Source: Nanobdellota archaeon (lineage in GTDB: Archaea; Nanobdellota; Nanobdellia; Tiddalikarchaeales; Tiddalikarchaeaceae). From it: a DNA stretch of 64,000 bases. Within the stretch, counting starts at the first letter, position 1. Every line of letters begins with the position of its first letter. The position numbers and the translations under genes were made by a program. The DNA is taken from the NCBI GenBank assembly GCA_016931175.1, contig JAFGFH010000022.1, forward strand, positions 17,527 to 81,526. Reading direction: 5' to 3'. This document shows positions 39,063 to 48,877 of this stretch, in pieces. The notes under the pieces are model-generated. The model did not search any database, was not told the origin of the DNA, and saw nothing but the letters and a program-made list of their open reading frames with translations.

Positions 39063-39884
39063 TTAATAGAATAAAACATTACAATTAGGGTTTAGATTTG
39101 ACAATATCTCAGATGCTTTCTTATCTTCCTTGAATCTTTTTGGCACACTTAAATGTTCCAAGTTCTTAAGCTTAGCTAAGCCTTCTGGGAGAGTGGTTAA
39201 ATAATTATTATTTTTAAGTTGAAAGATTTTTAGATTAACGAGATTACCAATAGTTTCAGGAATTGTTTTTAAAGATGTACATCTAATATCTAGTTCTTGC
39301 AAGTTAATCAAATTACCAATACTATCAGGAATCTTCTCTAAATTATAATATGATTTCATAGTGCCACGACCATTACCACAAGTAACACCTAATACCTTTA
39401 GTTGAGTTAGTTGCCCTATCTCTTCAGGAAGTTCTTTAATATTCCCCATTTCTATAAGTTCTAAATCCTCTAAAGATTCGGATTTAAATAATGATTTTGG
39501 CAAGTAATAAGGATTATGCAAGAAAATAATTTTTAAATGAGTTAATTTAGGTATATATTCTAGTTTGTCTTCTAATTGTAAACAATCTTTTTTTACCTCT
39601 AATTTGGTTATAAAACCGTTCTCTACACTAATTCCTACAGGTTTTTTAAACCAACCTCCCGTAGTTGGGTCGTATCTGCCTATATCTTTCAGACTAAAGC
39701 CATTGTAATAAAGTATGTTAAGTAAAATCTTGTATTCAGAGACTCGTAATGGATAATTAAATTTATCAATATTATCAATTTCAATCCTCATAGTTGGATT
39801 CTTCTGTTCAAAATAGCAAGGACCTGCATTATCTAAAGGAGGTATTTGCATGCTTTGGCTTTTACCTTGGTTGCGACTCATCAT
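39063..39884 (-). CDS. Leucine-rich repeat protein
   Basis: LPEEIGQLTQLKVL, IPDSIGNLINLQEL, IPETIGNLVNL, LPEGLAKLKNLEHL. Confidence 0.9.
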   Translation of the reverse strand: MMSRNQGKSQSMQIPPLDNAGPCYFEQKNPTMRIEIDNIDKFNYPLRVSEYKILLNILYYNGFSLKDIGRYDPTTGGWFKKPVGISVENGFITKLEVKKDCLQLEDKLEYIPKLTHLKIIFLHNPYYLPKSLFKSESLEDLELIEMGNIKELPEEIGQLTQLKVLGVTCGNGRGTMKSYYNLEKIPDSIGNLINLQELDIRCTSLKTIPETIGNLVNLKIFQLKNNNYLTTLPEGLAKLKNLEHLSVPKRFKEDKKASEILSNLNPNCNVLFY

Positions 39885-39928
39885 GCTGATTAGAGATAAA
39901 ATACTTTTTAAACCTTTCGATTTAATAT

Positions 39929-40312
39929 TTAGTAGAACTCTTTATCTTCCTTGTCGTCTTCAAAGAGGCTGAACTTTCTCTCAACGTCGTCTATCATAAC
40001 ATCACATTCCGCTTTTATCTTGTTCAAATTAGCTAATAATCTCTCTTTTTCAACCTCTAAACTCTTCAAGTCCTTAAAAGGCTGAACTGCTTTCTTGAAC
40101 ATGTCAAACTCTATGTAAACGTAGGGCTCTTTTGATAATTTCTTGCATATGTCAACACATATATCTTCCAGGAACTTGTTCATTGCAATCTTAACTCTTT
40201 TCTTAATCATCCTGTCCTTAGGCAGGTTATTCTTCATTAATCTAACAACTTCTGCGTTCGCGAATGCAAGATTTACGTCATCTGCTTCGTTATCTTCTTC
40301 TTCCTTTTCCAT
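39929..40312 (-). CDS. Histone-fold (NF-YB/HMf-like) protein with coiled-coil tail
   Basis: FANAEVVRLMK...MIKKRVK.AMNKFLE...I...MFKKAV matches the helix spacing of a histone fold. Confidence 0.55.
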   Translation of the reverse strand: MEKEEEDNEADDVNLAFANAEVVRLMKNNLPKDRMIKKRVKIAMNKFLEDICVDICKKLSKEPYVYIEFDMFKKAVQPFKDLKSLEVEKERLLANLNKIKAECDVMIDDVERKFSLFEDDKEDKEFY

Positions 40313-40348
40313 AACTAAGTAGAATCTTTCATGTTTTAAAAAGCTTAT

Positions 40349-41293
40349 TCATTTCTTATAAGCTACGTAAATGTCCGCGTCCAGCATTACACCGTCTTCT
40401 ATAAAATGGTGCGCAAAGTATATATTGCCTTCATTGTCAAGGCTTGGCTCTGCAGCGAATTGTTGAATAATTAATTCAGGCACGCTCCAAGTATTGTTCT
40501 CTTGCGATATAGACCTATAGATTGCAGGGCTGCCGCTCGTCCATCTTAAAAACCACAACTCCTGCTCATCCTCTGACAAGTAAGGCCAGCCTTCAGTAAA
40601 CTCAGTGTTTAACTCTTCAAGATTAACTGGCTCGCTCCAGCTGCTGTTTACTAAACTCGTCTCGTACAAGTCGTAGCCGCCCTTACCTCCTTCCGCGTCA
40701 CTATGGTAATAAACAGTGCTCCAGTCATTATTGACGTGCAACTCGCCAACCCTGTAAGACTCTGGAAAATCAATCAATTCAAAATTAGTCCACTCCCTGC
40801 CGTAATATTCCGCGCTGAACCAGTGCAGTCCTTCGTAACCTTCTCTTGCACTGCAGACCCAGATAATATTATCTTGCACGAACTGGCAGCCGTCAAGACT
40901 CAATACGCCAAATGGTGCGAGCCATAATCGTTCAGGCTCTGTCCAAGTGCCGTTATCTAACAATGTTGATTTGTAAACACCTGTAACGCCGTCAATCACC
41001 TGCTTTTGCACGGGTTTGCTGACATCAGGTGTGAAGAAGAAGTATAATGTCTTGCCGTCAGGAGTTATGAAAGGACTGTCCTCACCTCCTCTTGTATTAA
41101 CAGGGTAGGGCAAAGGCACTGGCTCTTCATAATCACTGCTAATTAAAATAGGAGGGTACATATCAGTCTCAGGAGTTTTTTTAACAACCTCTCCAGGAAT
41201 CAGCGAGTACCTGTCAACAACTGAGTGCTGCTGAGTGCATCCTGCTATTAATAATACAATAAATAAGAAGTGCAACTTATTCATTAATTTCAT
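40349..41293 (-). CDS. Lipoprotein with PD40/TolB-like beta-propeller repeats
   Basis: Lipobox LIAGC; EDSPFITPDGKTLYF, GGKGGYDLY, WSEPVNL..LNT. Confidence 0.8.
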   Translation of the reverse strand: MKLMNKLHFLFIVLLIAGCTQQHSVVDRYSLIPGEVVKKTPETDMYPPILISSDYEEPVPLPYPVNTRGGEDSPFITPDGKTLYFFFTPDVSKPVQKQVIDGVTGVYKSTLLDNGTWTEPERLWLAPFGVLSLDGCQFVQDNIIWVCSAREGYEGLHWFSAEYYGREWTNFELIDFPESYRVGELHVNNDWSTVYYHSDAEGGKGGYDLYETSLVNSSWSEPVNLEELNTEFTEGWPYLSEDEQELWFLRWTSGSPAIYRSISQENNTWSVPELIIQQFAAEPSLDNEGNIYFAHHFIEDGVMLDADIYVAYKK

Positions 41294-41331
41294 ATAAGAT
41301 GTTAGTTATTATTTAATATTTCCTTTAAGAT

Positions 41332-41775
41332 TTATTTTCCAAACTTCGGCAAAAACATTCCTGTCTTTTTCATGTACTCTTTGTAGCCCTTCATTTTCTT
41401 GATTAATAGTTCTTCTTCAAGCTTTGCTCTATAGTAAAAGAAAGGCAAGATTATAACAGTGGTTGCTATTAGTCCAATCCATGACATGAAGGTTAAGCAG
41501 AGCCCGTAATAAGCTATCATTAATCCCAAATACATCGGGTGTCTTACGTATTTGAAGAAGCCTGAATCAACTAGTTTAGTGCTTTTAATCTTAATGCTCC
41601 AAGCACTCTTCATAACGTACAAGTTATAACCATATATTAACTCGCCAACTACTACTATGATGAAGAATTCTAATCTCAAATCCCTCATGGTTGACAATAT
41701 TAATAGTATGACTGCGAAACCTATTAATAAAGAAGACCAGTCTCCTCCAATAATCTTCCTTAATATTTTATTCAT
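41332..41775 (-). CDS. ICMT/PEMT family membrane methyltransferase
   Basis: LVDSG...VRHPMYLG, EEELL, Y..Y...TGMFLP. Confidence 0.88.
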   Translation of the reverse strand: MNKILRKIIGGDWSSLLIGFAVILLILSTMRDLRLEFFIIVVVGELIYGYNLYVMKSAWSIKIKSTKLVDSGFFKYVRHPMYLGLMIAYYGLCLTFMSWIGLIATTVIILPFFYYRAKLEEELLIKKMKGYKEYMKKTGMFLPKFGK

Positions 41776-42596
41776 ACATTCTTCCTCATAGGTATAGCAA
41801 GCTCTATCTTGTTCTTCTTAAATAATGTGGCCACGCTTTTTATAACTTCCTTCTTTGCCTTTGAAAAGTCTTCAGCACCAACCCAGAACCTTAGTGTTAA
41901 TACAACCATGTATTCTTTAATATCATTAACGAAGGCATCAATACCTCTGTCAATTAAAGCACATTCCATACTATTTGCTATTTCTTTGAGTATTTCCAGG
42001 GCCTTGTCTATGTCCGCATCCTTGCTAACAGTAATACTAAAATTAATAAGCCTCTCTTTCTGGTGCGAGTAATTAGATAATGGTTTTGAAATTACTAAAG
42101 AATTAGGCAGGTTGGTTACAACCCCTTCATAGTCCACAATGCTTGTATAATAAAGGGAGACTCTGGTTACTGTGCCTTTATACTTTTCATCTATGCTTAT
42201 GCTGTCCCCTTCTATGAAAGGCTGGTTCAATTTTATTAATATCCCGCTTATCATATTGGAAGCTATTTCTTTAACTGCGAATCCTATGACTATACCAATT
42301 ACTCCTGCTGCTGTAAGGGCTGTGTAAATAATGCTCGTCAGCTCTAACACATATAATGTTAATGTTATTGCTATTATGTAAACGCACATATCGGCTATGT
42401 CATCAACTAGGTTAAACCTTCTCCTGGTTACTCCTAATTTCTTAAATAAAGGCCAGAAGTTCTTAACAATTATTTTGTCAAATTTTTTAGTAAAAATCCT
42501 TGCAATAATCCATATAACTGCAACCATGGATAGTTTTATTAGTATGTTCATAACGTTTTGTTCAAGCCATAACTGGATTATTGTAAAGTCTAACAT
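41772..42596 (-). CDS. mscS: Small-conductance mechanosensitive channel
   Basis: GIVIGFA.KE..SN..SG, PF..GD.I, PNS. Confidence 0.92.
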   Translation of the reverse strand: MLDFTIIQLWLEQNVMNILIKLSMVAVIWIIARIFTKKFDKIIVKNFWPLFKKLGVTRRRFNLVDDIADMCVYIIAITLTLYVLELTSIIYTALTAAGVIGIVIGFAVKEIASNMISGILIKLNQPFIEGDSISIDEKYKGTVTRVSLYYTSIVDYEGVVTNLPNSLVISKPLSNYSHQKERLINFSITVSKDADIDKALEILKEIANSMECALIDRGIDAFVNDIKEYMVVLTLRFWVGAEDFSKAKKEVIKSVATLFKKNKIELAIPMRKNV

Positions 42597-42645
42597 GGTT
42601 TTTAGTATCTAATTGCAGTATAAATATTTAATGGCGCAGGCTTGT

Positions 42646-43710
42646 TTAGAAAATTTTCTTCTTCAAGTCAACAGCCTTATACCTGCATAGTTCGTGGCAG
42701 CAGTAACACCTGATGCATTTATTATAATCAACCACTGCTTTATCTTTGATGTTGATTGCTTTAACAGGGCACGCCCGCACGCAGTCCCCGCACTTAATGC
42801 ACTTATTATTCATAACAGGTATTTCAAGCCAGTAATTACTTATTATATTTTTAATGAAAGCAGGAGCGAAGTTCCAAACCTTCCTTAAGAAAGAAGAGGA
42901 TGGTTTTTCAAACATAGTCCTGTAATCCGAGAAGCTAATACTGTTCTTGTTGAACAATTTCTTGGCTAAGGCCACATTCAAGTAGGGAATAGTAGTATAA
43001 TCAATTCCTATAATCTTGGAGATGTTATAATCCACTTCGAAACAATTATCTCCTGCAATTATTAAACCCAGCTTCTTTGTTTTGCCGTTGCTTGGTCCTT
43101 GCCCTTCCATGCCTAAGACTGCATCAACTATGTTAAGAGTGGGTTTAATGATTTCTGCCAGTTCAACAAGCATTTTTGAGAAGTCGTTAACGTCTTTGAA
43201 CCTCGCATGGTAAGAGACTTTATCGCCTCCAGGTATTAATCCGAAAAGGTTCTTGGTTGCGCACGAAACTGTGCATAACATGTGCGTTTTAATTTTTGGA
43301 AGGTTTATTATTTTATCAACTTTTTTAAGCACGGATAATAATTTGTATTTTTTAAGAAAACCTTCAGGATTCTTCATGTCATAACTGCTAACGTCATAGT
43401 TTAGAACTGCTCCTTTAATATTCATTCCGCACTCTTTGTACAATTTCTCCAAAACTTTCTCGTTCAAAGCTCCTCCAGGAGTGTCTGCAATTATAACCTC
43501 TGCACCTATATTATTAAGCTCTTTAACGACTGCCTTAACTATGGATGGGTGGGTTGTTATGTTCTTATCAGGATTTGCAGGAAATAAAAGGTTAGGTTTC
43601 AAGAGAACTTTGTCTTTTTTACTTATGTAATTTTTAAGATTAACAACTTGTTTTAAAGCTCTGCTCACATCTCTTGTGTTGTAAGAACTGCACTTAACCA
43701 ATTTGAACAT
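42646..43710 (-). CDS. DUF362 domain protein with C-terminal 2x[4Fe-4S] ferredoxin
   Basis: VLLKPN, TTHP, NLPKIKTH, GMEGQGP; CIKCGDC...CP and CIRCYCC...C. Confidence 0.9.
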   Translation of the reverse strand: MFKLVKCSSYNTRDVSRALKQVVNLKNYISKKDKVLLKPNLLFPANPDKNITTHPSIVKAVVKELNNIGAEVIIADTPGGALNEKVLEKLYKECGMNIKGAVLNYDVSSYDMKNPEGFLKKYKLLSVLKKVDKIINLPKIKTHMLCTVSCATKNLFGLIPGGDKVSYHARFKDVNDFSKMLVELAEIIKPTLNIVDAVLGMEGQGPSNGKTKKLGLIIAGDNCFEVDYNISKIIGIDYTTIPYLNVALAKKLFNKNSISFSDYRTMFEKPSSSFLRKVWNFAPAFIKNIISNYWLEIPVMNNKCIKCGDCVRACPVKAINIKDKAVVDYNKCIRCYCCHELCRYKAVDLKKKIF

Positions 43711-43793
43711 ATTTTAATCCTATTACTTCTTGCTTTTAAAACAGTTGCTATATTTGTAAAGATTTATTAAAATACTAAGCCTTTTATTATAAT

Positions 43794-44246
43794 ATGATAA
43801 TTGATGACAAGGACAAAACCTTGGTTAATTCACTAATAAGAGATGGCAGGATTAGTCTTGACAAGTTAAGCAAGGAGTTAAAACTTCCTGTTTCAACGGT
43901 TCATAAAAGGCTTAAGAATCTTGAAAAGAAGGGTTTGGTTAAAGGTTACTCTCCTGTTATTGATTATAAAATGCTTGGTTACAACATTATCTTGTTTATA
44001 CTTATTGACTTGGTTGAGAGTTTAGAGAGGGCTGAGACAATAAAAGCTCTTAAGAAGATTCAGAATATTATTGAAATCGATTCTCTTCAGGGAAGCGATT
44101 TTGACATTATCATAAAGGCGAGGTGCAGAGACTTAAGTGAAGTTGATAAATTGTTAAAAGAAGTTATGAATATTAAGGGTATTGAAGAGGTTGACAGCAT
44201 GGTTTCAGGAATAAGTGAGAAGGAGAGTTTAACTTTTAAGATTTAA
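43794..44246 (+). CDS. Lrp/AsnC family transcriptional regulator
   Basis: DGR.S...LS..L....STVHKRLKNLE..G.VKGY; C-terminal RAM-like domain. Confidence 0.92.
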   Translation: MIIDDKDKTLVNSLIRDGRISLDKLSKELKLPVSTVHKRLKNLEKKGLVKGYSPVIDYKMLGYNIILFILIDLVESLERAETIKALKKIQNIIEIDSLQGSDFDIIIKARCRDLSEVDKLLKEVMNIKGIEEVDSMVSGISEKESLTFKI

Positions 44247-44438
44247 TCAAACCCTTCTAAGTCTTTGGACAAAGTATTTAAACACTAATTGATATTAATA
44301 GCATTAATATTGATTGAGGTAATCAAAAACTCATAAACTGTTCTGAAAAAAAATTATACCATGTTTATGACAAGTTCTGTAAAAAAAAATTCATGCTCAA
44401 ATTCATTTTCACTAATAATTTGAGGGAGGGGGGATAAG

Positions 44439-44498
44439 ATGGCAAAGACAAAAAAGGCAGCACCTAAGAAGGGTAAAAAACCAGCAGCAAAGAATTAA
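44439..44498 (+). CDS. Putative 19-aa Lys/Ala-rich micropeptide MAKTKKAAPKKGKKPAAKN
   Basis: Strong SD (GAGGGAGGGGGG) 5 nt before the ATG; T-rich tract downstream. Confidence 0.5.
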   Translation: MAKTKKAAPKKGKKPAAKN

Positions 44499-44602
44499 TT
44501 ACATTCAAATGAGAATCGTCTCATAAAAAGTGTTTGTTTTTTCATTTTTTTTATCTATTACATCAAAGAAGGTGGTTTTGTATCAAGAAAAAGTCTAACA
44601 TT

Positions 44603-44704
44603 ATGGAAGAAGCCGAGAAGTTTTACGAAGAAAACCCTGAACTATACGAGGAAATTGTTGAGGACAGCGACGAAAAATCTTCCAAGTTTAAAAAAGAAGA
44701 TTAA
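44603..44704 (+). CDS. Putative 33-aa acidic micropeptide MEEAEKFYEENPELYEEIVEDSDEKSSKFKKED
   Basis: Coding-like composition; AGGTGG SD-like motif upstream (could start in frame at ATC 44582). Confidence 0.45.
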   Translation: MEEAEKFYEENPELYEEIVEDSDEKSSKFKKED

Positions 44705-44745
44705 CAGATAAGGTTTTTAAAGCATTAGAAGGGATTAATTTAATT

Positions 44746-46710
44746 ATGCACAGTGTAGTTGCAAGTTTTACTCTAATATGTTTAGCTGTGCTGGTTTTTT
44801 ACGCTTTCTATTTAGACGTATACTTGGAGGGTAATAATTTTTTCAACACCCCTGGCTCTATTTTGAAGATAATTGATATCAGCGGGAATAGTTTTATAGT
44901 TTATAATCCAAGTGAAGAGGTTGTTGAAGAAGTATTTGTTAAAATAGATGATATACTGGTTGATTTAACCCTTTTTGAACCATTGCAGCCGATGGAAGCG
45001 GTTAGTATTGATTTCAGCCAGAGTTTTTTCAAAGGCGTTAATAGTGAACTATCTGTTGTTCCTGCTGAAAGCAGTATTATAAACTCTTATAACAAATCTT
45101 CTTATCTCTATTATAATAATTTATGCAATGATGGCAATTACTGCACCAGGGATTATTATTTTAATGAATCATGCAGTTATGAATATTTAAGCAATGGTTC
45201 ATGGTTCGGTTGTTACGACACTGTAGGGTGCAGTGATAATGGCTTGGGTGAATTGGACTGCTCTTGTATTAATGGAGTATGCACTGATTCTTGCGGCAAT
45301 AATGTTTGTGAATCCTGGGAGAATAGTATAACTTGTTTGAATGACTGCAATAATTGCAGAGAATCTGCCAGCAACTGCTTGAGTCCGAACGTATGGTTTT
45401 ACGGCGGTGTTGAAACTAGTGACGGGTTTTATTGCGCTTGCTGCGGTGATGACGGGTTTTTGGATAATTTCACTAATGGCAGTTTCATTTGTTCTAGAGG
45501 AAAAACTTTCACTGATGCTGATGAAAACAAACTTGCCTGCGAATTTATGGGTTTTAAATGGGCTGTTTTTAACAATATTAATTATACTAGTGTAATAACT
45601 GTTTCTAACTTTTTCAGCAGGGCTTACAGCATTCATGTTGCAGACGTTGACGGTGACGGAGACATGGATATTATAGGCTCTAATCTATATAGTGAGATTG
45701 GATGGTGGAGGAATGACGGGAATAATACTTGGACTCCTAATCTTGTTTCAAGCTCTTATTCCAGCCCTTATGATGTTAATAGCGGAGACATGGACGGTGA
45801 CGGGGACATAGATATTATTGCAGTGTCTGAAAGCACTGATAAGGTGATTTTGTTTGAGAATCTTAATGGTGTTGGTACCAGCTGGAGCGAGTTAGTTGTT
45901 TATAACATGCTTGACGGCGCTTCAAGTGTTCAAATTGCTGACCTTGACAAGGACGGGGACATGGATATTATAAGCGGTGCTTTGAACGGGAACAGAATAG
46001 CCTGGTTTGAGAATCTTCACGGCTGGGGCGCGACTTGGGAGGTTAAATTCATTGACAATCTTTTCACAGGAACGCGCAACATAATAGTTGAAGATATTAA
46101 CAAGGATAATAATCTTGACGTTATCAGCGCGAGCGAGTTCACTGACAGGATAGTGTGGTGGACTTATAACGGCAGCGAGTGGATTAGAAAATTGATAAGT
46201 GATGATTTTAACGGTGTTAAAAGCATTGCTTTAGGAGACTTGGATGATGATGGAGACTTGGATATTGTAGCCAACTCTTATTACGATAATTACGTTGCCT
46301 GGCTTGAAAATATTAACAATTGCGAGAGCTGGGTTAAGCATGTTATTAACAATAATGCTGTTAATTACATTGGTTTAAGTGTTAATGATTTAGATTTAGA
46401 CGGGGATTTAGATATCTTAGCAACTTCCCAAGGAGACATGAAATTAATTGTATTATTGAATGAAGAGGGAGAATTTGTTGAGAATATTATTTCTAATAAT
46501 TTTCCTGACTCCTTCGAAATATCATCTGCTGATTTTGACAAAGACGGGGACTTAGAGATTATGTCTGCTTCTTACACTCTAGCAACTATTTCAATATGGG
46601 ATAATAATGCAATAACTGGAGTTAATGGTCCTTGCTGCGGTGATGACCATTCCTTAGACAATTTTAACAGTTCAGCAAGTTCTTGCATTAATGGTGTTTT
46701 AGTTTCCTAA
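44746..46710 (+). CDS. Membrane-anchored/secreted Cys-rich protein with seven FG-GAP/VCBS (DxDxDG) repeats
   Basis: N-terminal hydrophobic segment, Cys-rich region, seven D-x-D-x-D-G-D-x-D-type motifs. Confidence 0.88.
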   Translation: MHSVVASFTLICLAVLVFYAFYLDVYLEGNNFFNTPGSILKIIDISGNSFIVYNPSEEVVEEVFVKIDDILVDLTLFEPLQPMEAVSIDFSQSFFKGVNSELSVVPAESSIINSYNKSSYLYYNNLCNDGNYCTRDYYFNESCSYEYLSNGSWFGCYDTVGCSDNGLGELDCSCINGVCTDSCGNNVCESWENSITCLNDCNNCRESASNCLSPNVWFYGGVETSDGFYCACCGDDGFLDNFTNGSFICSRGKTFTDADENKLACEFMGFKWAVFNNINYTSVITVSNFFSRAYSIHVADVDGDGDMDIIGSNLYSEIGWWRNDGNNTWTPNLVSSSYSSPYDVNSGDMDGDGDIDIIAVSESTDKVILFENLNGVGTSWSELVVYNMLDGASSVQIADLDKDGDMDIISGALNGNRIAWFENLHGWGATWEVKFIDNLFTGTRNIIVEDINKDNNLDVISASEFTDRIVWWTYNGSEWIRKLISDDFNGVKSIALGDLDDDGDLDIVANSYYDNYVAWLENINNCESWVKHVINNNAVNYIGLSVNDLDLDGDLDILATSQGDMKLIVLLNEEGEFVENIISNNFPDSFEISSADFDKDGDLEIMSASYTLATISIWDNNAITGVNGPCCGDDHSLDNFNSSASSCINGVLVS

Positions 46711-46983
46711 TTCTTTCTCTACTTCTTTCTTTCCTTTTTCTAATTCCGTTACCTGCTGCTTGTCAAGTCTTAATAAAAGTGTTTGGAATTCGCCGACGTG
46801 CGTCTTTTCTTCCTTAGCTATGTCTAACAATATTTCTTTTATGTCTTTGTTTTCAGTCATAGCTGCCATCTGCTCGTACAAATTTACCGCGTCGAGTTCA
46901 GCAATTATTCCAGCTCTTAATATTTCTGTGTCTATATTTTCCTTGTTAACTTTCTTTAAATCAATTGGTATTTGTGATAACAT
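46699..46983 (-). CDS. Ferritin-like/rubrerythrin-family small protein
   Basis: AELDAVNLYEQ, EEKTHVGEF di-iron motifs. Confidence 0.88.
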   Translation of the reverse strand: MLSQIPIDLKKVNKENIDTEILRAGIIAELDAVNLYEQMAAMTENKDIKEILLDIAKEEKTHVGEFQTLLLRLDKQQVTELEKGKKEVEKELGN

Positions 46984-47008
46984 AAATAGAAATAAGTATG
47001 GCTTATTT

Positions 47009-47287
47009 TTATTTCTTTTCTATCCTAATGGCTTTGCCTTTTATTAAAGCATTGGCTATTTTTTTCCTTGCGTTCTTTAATATCCTGAATAGTGTAGACT
47101 GGGAGACGTTCATTTTTTCCGAAGCCTCTTCCTGTTTCATTCCTTCTGCGTCGCATAAACGAAGCGCTTCCAGCTCATCAATCTCTAATACCTCTTCCTC
47201 TAAGCTTCTTATAGGAACCCCTGCTGGTTTATAATAAGTCACTTCAGGATTGAATCTTACAAACCTGCTTCTTTGAGGCCTTACCAT
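47009..47287 (-). CDS. DUF134 HTH DNA-binding protein
   Basis: MVRP...[15 protein letters not shown]...M.VSQST..R....ARKKIA.AL. Confidence 0.92.
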   Translation of the reverse strand: MVRPQRSRFVRFNPEVTYYKPAGVPIRSLEEEVLEIDELEALRLCDAEGMKQEEASEKMNVSQSTLFRILKNARKKIANALIKGKAIRIEKK

Positions 47288-47288
47288 A

Positions 47289-47486
47289 TTAATCCTCTAG
47301 TTCTTTAAGCCTTTTATTTATTTCTTCTCTTTCAGATTCAAGCATTTCCTTCTCATCTTTTTTTGTTATGCTTCTTGTCAATCTGAAGCGTCCGAATCCT
47401 CTGCGCATTCCCTTTCCGCAGGGACCCATTCCTCTTCCAGTCATTGGGCCTCTCCCATTAGGTCCTGTTCCGTCAAATCCTGGCAT
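47289..47486 (-). CDS. DUF5320-like Gly/Arg-rich small protein
   Basis: [21 protein letters not shown]; SD GGAGGTGG. Confidence 0.88.
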   Translation of the reverse strand: MPGFDGTGPNGRGPMTGRGMGPCGKGMRRGFGRFRLTRSITKKDEKEMLESEREEINKRLKELED

Positions 47487-47498
47487 AATACCACCTCC

Positions 47499-47551
47499 AT
47501 TATGAATTATTATTCACAATATGCGCTTATAAATGTTTCGAATTATAATTC
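47499..47551. promoter_or_regulatory. Two GAAT-N4-ATTC palindromes flanking the TATA box of the DUF5320-DUF134-ferritin operon
   Basis: ATTATGAAT-TATT-ATTCACAAT (47499-47520) and perfect GAATTATAATTC (47540-47551) around TTTATAAG (minus strand). Confidence 0.55.
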
Positions 47552-47611
47552 ACAACTCTTACTATTAATTAGTGCTAAATCACATTTATAAAAAACAGTT
47601 AAATCCAATAC

Positions 47612-48877
47612 TTGATGAAGAATAATTTCGGTATCGAAGTATTTGAACCTGAAAAAAGCCTTGGAAGATTTGGAGAATACGACGAGGATTACGGTTTATA
47701 CGCTTTCCAGGATCCTTTCTCAATTGATGAGATGAAATTAAAGTTCAGCAAGCAGATGAGAAGTTTATCACTAAAGACCCAGGTGTTCAACAAACCCTAT
47801 AATAAGAATATTAGAACGAGGTATATTCACAGCGACGAAGTTTATGAATTATGCAAACTAGTCTCTAACGCTTTAAATCTTTACACTCCTTTATGCTGTG
47901 CTGAAGGAGCGGGCCATGACAGCAACCATTTTGCCTTCGGCCACATTACTGAACAACAGCTTACAAACAGATTGAGAAAAGAGACTGGCTGCAGTTACTT
48001 GAAACTGGATCATGTTCTGATGAGTTTAGTTGGTTCGTATTTAATTGAGAGAAAGTGCAACGGGTTAAACCTAATGTATGAAACAATGGAAGGTATTCTT
48101 TATCATTCTACTGGAGGGGGAGCGTTCACTATTGATTCAGAATTGCCGCAGGAATATAGTGTTTTAAGATACGTTGATAAGATTGCTTACTTGTTCAGCG
48201 ACATAAATGATGCTAAACGGCTTGGAATCTTAGATGATGAAAATAAGGATTTCAGACTATTAAAACAGAATCTTAAAGTGCTTGATTCCTGCCCAGTCAT
48301 AATCAATGGAACAGTTAAGAAGTTAAAATTAGACAACCAAAGAGCAAGGGTTTACAACTGCGTTAATGCATTAATCAAAGAAAGCAGAGAAAAAGGCGTT
48401 GTCAGCTTCAGTGAAGGCGAGGTTTTCGAAGCCTTTGATATGATTAGGAGTTTAATGTACGAGTTGGTTTATAACAATATTGACTGGGATATTCAAAACA
48501 AGATGATTGAGAAGATATATGACATCTTAGAGCATAGCTCATTAAACGATTACAGAAAACACTGCGATTATAGAATAATAAGGTATAATAATTTCAGGGA
48601 AAGCATAGGTTTAGAGAAGGTAAAAGCTGAATTCACCCCACACCCTGCTCTTGTAATATCATTGCTGACAGATAATGACGTCATTGAATTAATAAACAAG
48701 AGAATAACGCACAACCAATTAAAATTAGAAGACATATTATTTAAAACCTCATTATACGAATCAGTTCCTTACCTTCTTACAAAAGATATAGATTTGATTA
48801 GTTTAAGCAAAGAATGGGGCAGTTACGGCAAAGAAAATCCTAGAAGGTTTCTTAGAAAATTCTTGAAGATAGAATAA
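47612..48877 (+). CDS. HD-domain dNTP triphosphohydrolase (dGTPase-like)
   Basis: KTQVF, RTR..HS, HD..H..FGH, D.IAY...D..DA motifs. Confidence 0.82.
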   Translation: MMKNNFGIEVFEPEKSLGRFGEYDEDYGLYAFQDPFSIDEMKLKFSKQMRSLSLKTQVFNKPYNKNIRTRYIHSDEVYELCKLVSNALNLYTPLCCAEGAGHDSNHFAFGHITEQQLTNRLRKETGCSYLKLDHVLMSLVGSYLIERKCNGLNLMYETMEGILYHSTGGGAFTIDSELPQEYSVLRYVDKIAYLFSDINDAKRLGILDDENKDFRLLKQNLKVLDSCPVIINGTVKKLKLDNQRARVYNCVNALIKESREKGVVSFSEGEVFEAFDMIRSLMYELVYNNIDWDIQNKMIEKIYDILEHSSLNDYRKHCDYRIIRYNNFRESIGLEKVKAEFTPHPALVISLLTDNDVIELINKRITHNQLKLEDILFKTSLYESVPYLLTKDIDLISLSKEWGSYGKENPRRFLRKFLKIE

